A stretch of 64,000 bases of DNA from contig BLSG01000410.1 of assembly GCA_012862495.1 (NCBI GenBank), forward strand, positions 135,558-199,557, given 5' to 3'. Below are positions 59,702 to 64,000 of this stretch, piece after piece (the stretch's first letter is position 1; each line of letters starts with the position of its first letter). This DNA comes from Thraustochytrium aureum (Eukaryota). The notes below the pieces were generated by a model. That model was not told the origin of the DNA, ran no database searches, and was given only the letters and a program-made list of their open reading frames with translations. A program made the position numbers and the translations under genes.

Positions 59702-61914
59702 GTGAGTGTCGGATGGAAACATGTAGGTTTGCATTCCAAGCTTCGCGGCTGCTTTGCGCAGGCCTCGCTCCATGTCGGCGCCAGCACCACGCAGCAGCAC
59801 GGTAGCATCCAAGTTGGTCCGCGCAAAAGTCCATATTGTTGCAAAGGAGTCTGCGCTTACCTCGTCGAGGAACACTGCCGACGGCGTCGACTTGGACCGG
59901 AATAAGTGCTGGTACATCAGGCTGCTCGGAAACCGCTGGAAGATCTCCGGGAAAAACCAGAACGGGCGCCCCCCGACCACCGTCTCGACAAGGCGCAACC
60001 CACCAGGGTTGTGCACAATTGCGCCCGCCGAGGTGACACCGAAACTGACGCCACGCTCTCGCTGCTCTCGAGAGGCGCGCTGCGCTTTCTTGTAGTGGTG
60101 CTGGACGAGACGAACCAGGTCGTCTGGAGAGACCTCGTCGGCAAGAGCTCCGCGGCTTCCTTTTTCGTAAGGCTCGATCCCATCGCCTTGAGCACGCTTT
60201 GCACGGTGTGAACAGTCAACGAGGCGGGCATCATTGCTTCGGTCTGCGTGCCGGCTGCTGCGGCCGGAGGTTTGTGAGTTTTTTTGCGAGCAGCAGCGGA
60301 AACAGCTGGGGGTTCATGAAAGTAAGTCAGCGAAGCCTGGGAAGATGCTTTGCTGTGGCGGCGGTCCAAAGCCGCGGCGTCGGGCCCTGGCTCGCTGGAT
60401 TTCTTTTTGGGGCTTGGAATTCGGGATGGCGGTGCCGCAAGCACGGCGTGGGACGCTGCCGGGGCGCACGTTGCGACATCGCCACTCACCCCCGCGTTTT
60501 CATCAACCAGCTGGATGCAGTCGTACGATTCCGTTGACACAATTTTGATAGACTTGTCGGATCGCGTGGTGTTCGCCGATTTGTGCGACTCAAGGCTCGG
60601 GCGCCGGCTGTCGCTTCCGGTTTTCGAATCGAGCTGCACGACATTTGATTGGCTCACGCTTGCTTCGCTTGACTCGCCTGACGGAGGATGATGATCGACG
60701 CTCTCTTGGTGGTCGACGTCTACTGGTTGGTCTTCGGCCTCCTCAATAGCCTCCCGTTGGCCCTGCCCAGATTCTTGGGAGTTGTACACGTCAGCAGTAG
60801 CCCCCATGGCAGCCTCGGAGCTCTCTACTGGTGGTAGATCTGTTCTTTTCGCCTCCATGTGCTCGCCGCTTGTCCCCTCTTCACCCTCGAGATGTGCGGC
60901 GTTTTCCTCAGAAGCGCTTGGTTCCGCCTCGACCTGGTCGCTACTCAAATTGCTCACGTCCACTACAGCGCCGTCGAGGTCGATTGAGAGGCCTTCGCTC
61001 TCTTCGGCGACAAGTTCTTGCTCGATGCGATCAGCGTGCACTTCACCGGCGATTTTGTCGTCGCCTTGCTGCAATCGGTCGTCTGCCTCGGAATGATGGG
61101 CCGGGCTGGCTTGCTCTGCTTCGTCAGGCGCGCTTTCTAGCTCATCGATTTGCGTTGGCTCTGGTTTCTCGACCGACGCTGTCTCCTCCAACGATTTGGC
61201 TTGCTCGCGTTCCTGCACCGTCTCGGCACCCTTGGGCTCCTCACCTTGTTCGCCATTCGCTGCTGGCTTGCTAAGGTCAACTTCGATGGCTTTTTGCTGC
61301 TCCTCGGCGTCCAGTGTTTCCTGCGGAGGGGCTGCTTGGCCGTCATTGCTGGTCTTGTGATCGCCTGGTTTCTCGTCGACATTGGGTGTAGGCTCGCTAC
61401 TCAACGCATCTTGCCACACCGGGCTTTCACCACTTTCCTCGTCTCCGCGAGTTCCTTCATCGTCGCCACCAGTGGAGAGCGTATCGCCTGTTTTGGATCG
61501 CCCAGCTTCTGCACCGCTTGGCTCTGCACTGGGAGTGTCTGGCCCAGAAGGTTGAGCTTGCGTCTGCTCATCGTTGTTTACACCGTCTGCAGCGGTTGCG
61601 GCTTCTGGAGCGATAGGGTCGGGATCTGTGTCTGGAGTTGTCGCGTTTGGACCTGCGCTGGATACTTCGGCTGGACTAGTGCCACCGCTTTCTTCTGCGC
61701 TTCCGCTCTCTTCTGCGCTTGAGCCTGTGCTTGGCTCTGCACTTGCGCCGCCGCTTTTCGCCCGCGTTTGTACCTGCATCAGGGACAATGATGCCCGTTT
61801 CTGTTGCTTGTGGACCACCATCTGAAATCAGCTCGGATTGGGGCGCAGGCGGCCCACTGGCCCCCGCGAGCTCGCTGCTGGGGTCGGCATGTTGTTGGGC
61901 CCCTCCTCCGCCAT
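57980..61914 (-). CDS. Large low-complexity protein: acidic N-terminus, BTB/POZ (T1-like) domain, poly-Q C-terminus
   Basis: ORFs 59917-61821 and 57980-60016 joined by a frameshift. VETVVGGRPFWFFPEIFQRFPSSLM..VFLDEV..SFATIWTFART..LRKAAAKLGM resembles a KCTD-type BTB domain. Probable start MAEEGPNN at 61914. Confidence 0.55.
58541..58753. repeat. (CTG)n / poly-Q trinucleotide repeat flanking an assembly gap
   Basis: Long ctg runs on both sides of the N-run; encodes poly-Gln on the minus strand. Confidence 0.95.
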
Positions 61915-62389
61915 CGCGTTGCGTCGCTCACCCTTCCTGCCACGCTGCGGCGCAGGCGGCCCCGTCTTGCTTTCGCGGCGCCTGGGCCTGCCTCCCAGCG
62001 GCCCTCTACGTAGCTGGCCTGCTGCCTGGCGTCGAGCGGCCCCCGCGGCCGACCGGCGGTCTCCGCGCCGCATGCGGGCTCGTCGGACTCAACGGATACT
62101 TTTCCATGTCCCACGAGGGCGTCGCGAGTCGTGCTCGCAGCTGATGCCTTTGACGAGCGCCGAGTGNNNNNNNNNNNNNNNNNNNNNNNNNNNNNNNNNN
62201 NNNNNNNNNNNNNNNNNNNNNNNNNNNNNNNNNNNNNNNNNNNNNNNNNNNNNNNNNNNNNNNNNNNNNNNNNNNNNNNNNNNNNNNNNNNNNNNNNNNN
62301 NNNNNNNNNNNNNNNNGCTAGATGGCTGGCGCCCGTCGTACAGCTGTTCCACTCGGGGGGGGCAGTCCAGCTCTGCTGCCGAGCGCGAC

Positions 62390-62456
62390 TGGCGCGTCTC
62401 TCTCGCCGACGGGCGCGTCTCTCTCGCCGACGGGCGCGTCTCCTTCGCCGACGGGC
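62390..62456. repeat. 21-nt tandem repeat, about 3 copies
   Basis: ggcgcgtctctctcgccgacg repeated. Confidence 0.85.
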
Positions 62457-62842
62457 CCTTGCACTAGCGAGCGCTCCTTCTCCTGCCACGCCAAGATCAA
62501 GTGTACCACTCACTCCTCAGTCGATACGATTCGCTGCGTCCATGCGGCCGCAGCACAGCACAAGGGGAGAGGCGTGTGGCCCCGCAAAGCCATGGTCGTC
62601 GACGTCAGCCCCCGGTGACATTCTGGGAGTTCGTTTGGAGGGGAAATGCACTTGCGTTTCTGTTCTGTTCTGCACCGACGTTGGCTACCGCCTCGGTTGG
62701 ATTTCTCCTCGCAGGAACGTCGCATGTTGGTGTTGGCAGCACATGGTCCCAAGAGGGCTTATTACTTACTTGCGTTGCAGCGTGTGTTTTGTTGTTTGGA
62801 AGGAAAGCAGGCAGGCCTCAGCCGCCCAGCGGCCTCGACCCT

Positions 62843-63490
62843 TCATGGGTAGGCCGTGAGCGGGTTGGCGAGCAAGCCTGTGGGCGAGGCGGGCAGCACA
62901 GCCGACTCGCCACGGCCGGCACTGTCGCACGAGTCGTCCTCGGCGAGGCGATCGTTCACCTTGCGCGGAAGCGGACCAGAGACAATAGCGCGGACCTGCT
63001 GCAAGCGGTCCATCTGCAGCTTGAACTGGTAGTTTTTCAGGTCCTCGACAAACCAGACGTTCGGGTCGGCCACCCTGCGGCGTTCGCGGATGAGCGAGAG
63101 CGCCTGCGGCAGGGATGCACCGCGCTCGAGCATGAGAAAGCCCGCCACGATGCTGACAGAGCGCGAAATCCCCTTGCGGCAGTGCACGACGACGCGGCCT
63201 CCGTTGTCGAGGCAGTTCTGGATAAAGTAGGCTGCCGCCGGCACGAAAGCGGAGAGCGGGGTTAGCGGGATGTGCAGCTGGGCCTCCGAGAGCGGCTCGT
63301 CCTTGAGCGGCAGATTCAGGTATGTAAAGTCTGCTGGGAAGTGCGACTCGCACGACTGGGCCGCGCAGTTGATCACGTGCGTGATGCCATGCTCTCTGAG
63401 AAACGCGCGGTCGCGGCAGGCGCGGTAGCGGGCGACGTAGACGCCGTCAAAGATGACGCTCATCTCGCCCTCATAGCCGAGGCGCACCAT
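62843..63490 (-). CDS. Atypical dual-specificity protein phosphatase
   Basis: GITHVINCA, LPLKD, active site VVVHCRKGISRSVSIVAGFLM and RRRVADPN. ATG at 63490. Confidence 0.92.
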   Translation of the reverse strand: MVRLGYEGEMSVIFDGVYVARYRACRDRAFLREHGITHVINCAAQSCESHFPADFTYLNLPLKDEPLSEAQLHIPLTPLSAFVPAAAYFIQNCLDNGGRVVVHCRKGISRSVSIVAGFLMLERGASLPQALSLIRERRRVADPNVWFVEDLKNYQFKLQMDRLQQVRAIVSGPLPRKVNDRLAEDDSCDSAGRGESAVLPASPTGLLANPLTAYP

Positions 63491-64000
63491 CGCAGGCGGC
63501 TGGTGCGAATCGCTCGCTCTACTCGCGCGTTTCTGGGCGCCGCTGGTCACTTGGGAGCAGGCCGTTGCACTCCGACCCTCGCGCACGTGGAGCGAGTGTC
63601 CGAGGCTCCGAGCAAGTACTCGGCGGAGGAGATCTGGGCTGCAGTCTGTCTGACCCCGAGGACTCTACTGTATGCCACCGGCGTGGCGCGCTAGTGCTGC
63701 GCAGACGCAAGGAGGCAGGCAGGGCAGGCACGCGGGACGCTGAAGCGGGCACCGCTTTCCCGGCCGCCGGGTGCCTTCCAAACGGGTTTGTTGTGTTCAC
63801 GTCCGTGCCAGTTGCGGGTCTGGCGCAGTGTGGTGAGGCTGGCCATCGGTTGGCACATCTCATCTGAACTGAATGAATTCTGAACTGCTGTGAGGGGCTG
63901 CGCGCGAACGCCGGTGCGCTTTCCCGGTGTGCCGCGGCTTCTCCGAGAGACCGAGGGCCGAATTGCGTTGAAATAAAAGCCTTGAACAGAAGAGGGGAGC

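Overview
This is a gapped, GC-rich, intron-poor window from a microbial eukaryote, not a prokaryote. It has GT-AG spliceosomal introns, flagellar genes (enkurin, IFT25), HUS1, VWA8 and BLTP2. Composition and gene content suggest a zoospore-forming protist such as a thraustochytrid-like stramenopile (inference). Many genes are broken by single-base indels in homopolymer runs, which looks like pyrosequencing-type assembly error. About 19 genes are recognisable. The main finding is a nuclear gene (37163-43167, minus strand) encoding SPRY + RI-type LRR + a second LRR array + an IpaH/SspH-type NEL E3 ubiquitin ligase domain with its catalytic CxD motif, followed by a U-box-like tail; NEL domains are characterised as bacterial secreted effectors. 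The second is an LRR-coiled coil-kinase-RING/RBR-like gene missed by the ORF track, whose six LRRs each occupy an exact 84-nt exon between phase-2 introns. Also present are a LIG6-type nuclease-ligase fusion, an intron-containing lipid A kinase LpxK, a ~4,400-aa BLTP2/Fmp27 with inserted zinc fingers and a PH-like domain, a VWA8 lacking its vWA domain, and a membrane-anchored papain protease.
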